A stretch of 63,409 bases of DNA, counting the filler, from Octopus bimaculoides (Eukaryota), in the NCBI RefSeq assembly GCF_001194135.2. It is 4 parts of 4 records of this genome, joined end to end, with 100 filler letters (N's around TTAATTAATTAA, not from the genome) between each part and the next. Parts side by side here need not be neighbours in the genome. Positions count along the whole stretch, not along the records: positions 60,204 to 63,409 come from NC_069007.1; 3 more parts are not named here. One strand, written 5' to 3'. A model generated the notes under the pieces. That model was not told the DNA's origin and did not search any database. It saw only the letters and a program-made list of their open reading frames with translations. Shown here in pieces: positions 60,204 through 63,409 of the stretch. Position numbers and translations under genes: made by a program. Numbering within the stretch: the first letter of the stretch is position 1; the number at the start of each line of letters is the position of its first letter.

Positions 60204-60600
60204 GATACAAGGGATTGCAGACCCGATTCAGAATGACTAACCAGATCGCAATCGTCAGCATACAAAATTTCCCTAATAAGTGAAGTAAAAACCTTCGTTT
60301 TAAACTTCAGTCGGGTCAAATTAAAAACATTCCCCGTTGTTCGATATTTTATGTAGATACCCTCCTCAGAGTTTTGAAAGGAATGTGACACCACAACGGC
60401 AAAGTATATTGCAAAGAGGGTGGGTGCATCAAGGTCTCCCTGCTTTACTCCATTTTCCACAGCAAAAGATTCAGAAAGCCTACCACCAAAATTAACCCTA
60501 GCTCTCATATCCTGATGCAAAGCCTTGACCATGTTTATAAACTTTTCTGGGCAACCAATTTTCCCCAGAATTAGCCACAGAGCACTTCGATTAACAGTAT
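60204..60600 (-). mobile_element. RTE/BovB-like LINE RT fragment
   Basis: DTVNRSALW..GVKQGD..APTLFAIYF..IYIKYRTTGNVFNL.RLK.KTKV..ILYADDCDLV. Confidence 0.9.
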
Positions 60601-61257
60601 CATACATACATACATATATACATGGATACATAAATACATACATACACAGGCGTGTGTACCACACTGCCTAAATACCAATCTTGAGAAAATATGCTTTTCA
60701 AATCCAGTAAGGAGAAAGCTGATTCGACGACTATAGATCCAAGCCATCACTAGATCTGTAAATTATATAAAACTTTCCAGGAGTTTATCATTTAACTATA
60801 TATGCACATGTCTAAAGAGGCATGACCAGATAGGACCCTATCTTCATGACCAGACCAGGAAATGTGGGCGGGAAAATGGGCGGGTGTATGGATAAATACA
60901 TGCACACATGCGCCACACCCTCATTTAGTCAGACGCTAAGTCGGGTTAATTTACCCTTCGCTATGGGGCACAGGGAATCGGGTCACGAGATATGTTATGG
61001 TGTAACCCACAGATGCATAACTAGCAGAGTTGAAAATAAATTCAAAATGCACACAAATTCGTGGGGTTTCAAAAGACGAAACTGCGTGGGTTTATAAACA
61101 ATTGAATTGTCGCATGGATTAAACTAATTAGTGAAGTGATGAAGAAATGTTCTGGAAACGAAAGAAAGAAAAGTCTTTTCGAAGATAAGACGATGTTATT
61201 CACTTGAATTACTACAGAACTAGTGATGCAGATATCTACGTGCATGTAGGTTTCAAT

Positions 61258-61310
<53 letters not shown>

Positions 61311-61548
61311 TATATTCAATTATGTATGTCTATGTGTATATGTGTATGTGTGCGCTTATGTATACGAATGTGTATGTGAGTTTGTATATGAATGTGTGTG
61401 AGCTTATATTATACATTATACGCGTTAAAACATACATATGTATATATGCAGGCAAATATATATATGAATATATATATATATGTATATACATATTTTTTCA
61501 TACACAGATGTATGTAGATGGGTATGCATATGTTTGTATATCTATCTA

Positions 61549-61608
<60 letters not shown>

Positions 61609-62377
61609 TATATATATATACAAAGAGAGAGAGAGAGAGGGGAGAGGGAGAGAAATAAGAAGGATAGGGGGAGAGAGTGGGGTTGTATGTATATACATAT
61701 GTACATACATATACATATATAGATGCACAAAATCATCTTCATATTTCTCTATCCATATGTATATATGTATGTATATATGCATAAAAAGTTTATAATATAT
61801 ATTTATATTTATTTACATATATATATATACATATACCTCACACTTACACACAGTTGCATATATATGATAGAATCTATGATACAGAGAAAGAAAGACAGCA
61901 GATGCATGTGGGAGATAGTGCATGTATATGTGCCAGCTAACACATGTACTAGTCACCTGTTAGCCTACACAGCTATCGCACTTATGCGCTTATGCAGAGA
62001 AACATGTTTTATCAATGCATAAATGCTTGTGCATATATAGATTCATACATATATTTCTATCTAGATACGTTTGCGTATAGATATGAAGTGACAGCAAGCA
62101 GGAAGACAAGGAACTGTCAGCGAAGGGCTTCGTAAGAAACAGTATTCGTAGATTTAGTAAGCTCAACCATTGCTTGAAAGATCGCTGTTTGCTTTCAGCG
62201 TGTGAGTAACGAGAACATAGCTAATACATACATACATACATACATGCATGCATACATACATACATACATACATACATACATGCATGCATACATACATACA
62301 TACACATATACATACATACATATTTAGGGGCAGGAGTGATTGTGTAGTAAGAAACGTCCTCCCTAAGCGCATGTCTA

Positions 62378-62409
<32 letters not shown>

Positions 62410-62430
62410 TCTATCTAACTATCTATCTAC

Positions 62431-62505
<75 letters not shown>

Positions 62506-63409
62506 ATCTAGTTTTTTTNNNNNNNNNNNNNNNNNNNNNNNNNNNNNNNNNNNNNNNNNNNNNNNNNNNNNNNNNNNNNNNNNNNNNNNNNNNNNNNNNN
62601 NNNNNNNNNNNNNNNNNNNNNNNNNNNNNNNNNNNNNNNNNNNNNNNNNNNNNNNNNNNNNNNNNNNNNNNNNNNNNNNNNNNNNNNNNNNNNNNNNNNN
62701 NNNNNNNNNNNNNNNNNNNNNNNNNATGATGTTGCGGAGAAAAGATTGGTGAAAAAAAGTTACACGAGTTTAAAAATCGAAAAAAAAAAACTGTATATTT
62801 TTAGCCAATAGCGAGACAGAAATGTTCTGCGTTTAGCGAAGCGGTGTCAACTTTAAGGTTGTACCCTGTGAAATTTAGAGTTCAGAGTCTGACGTGTTCA
62901 TTGTAGGTTTCTAAATAAACAGAAATACCTAATAAAATCAACATGCATCATCTTACTGTTTCTTTTGTCTCTTCATTGATTGTGTGGTATTATATTTTAA
63001 AATTTGGTATATTAATATATTTGTTTGCATGTGTTTACTTTATGCGTACTTCAGTATTATGTATACCTGTCATGTATTTGTGTACATTATTAATATATCA
63101 GTGCATGTGGATGTGTGTATTCATATATAAGTTAATATGTACATTTATGCATTCATGTGTGTGTGTGTATGTGTGTGTGTGTGAAGGGGCGTCTGTCTCC
63201 AAAACTCCAAAGTTGAGTAACGTTTTCATGCTTGAATTTGTAAACTACGATAAGAATAACACTAATCAACAAAGAATTTGTCCCAGAATAATTTTCCAAA
63301 ACTTACTCTACTATAGTTTCGCGTTTAACTTACAAATTAAATAAATTTTTTTTTAAATTAATTTCATTTAAATGTGTCAAGTATGACCTTCTTCAGCACT
63401 ATACCTCCA

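Noticed and set aside
62503-62520. GGATCTAG as a possible TIR of the 25591 MITE family
   Set aside because: Only 7 bp match before a gap.

Overview
AT-rich, microsatellite-dense animal genomic DNA with several assembly gaps; the repeat families look like those of an octopus/coleoid cephalopod (inference from recalled repeat families). One host gene is supported: the 5' part of URB1/NPA1 (nucleolar pre-ribosomal-associated protein 1), + strand, 9 exons from ATG 32264 to about 53617. Exons 1-8 splice in frame (408 codons, all GT-AG). Exon 9 hits an in-frame TGA 13 nt before a strong donor, and no later exons were found beyond an artificial TTAATTAATTAA join at 53886. The rest is transposon debris and simple repeats: tRNA-derived SINEs, RTE, L1/Tx1 and REL-endonuclease LINEs, a gag-pro-only Ty3/Gypsy LTR element, hAT, mariner and maT transposons, Helitron pieces and two GG-terminal MITEs with 8-bp target duplications. 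There is also an intron-containing pseudo-tRNA with a TCG anticodon. Most ORFs in the supplied track are microsatellite or N-gap artefacts. I found no convincing new multi-gene system. The best leads are the URB1 exon 9 lesion and truncation, the CpG-depletion domain matching the gene body, the pseudo-tRNA, microsatellite-embedded retrotransposons, nested-IR MITEs and an ORF restored by removing a MITE. All homology calls are from memory of the families, not database searches.
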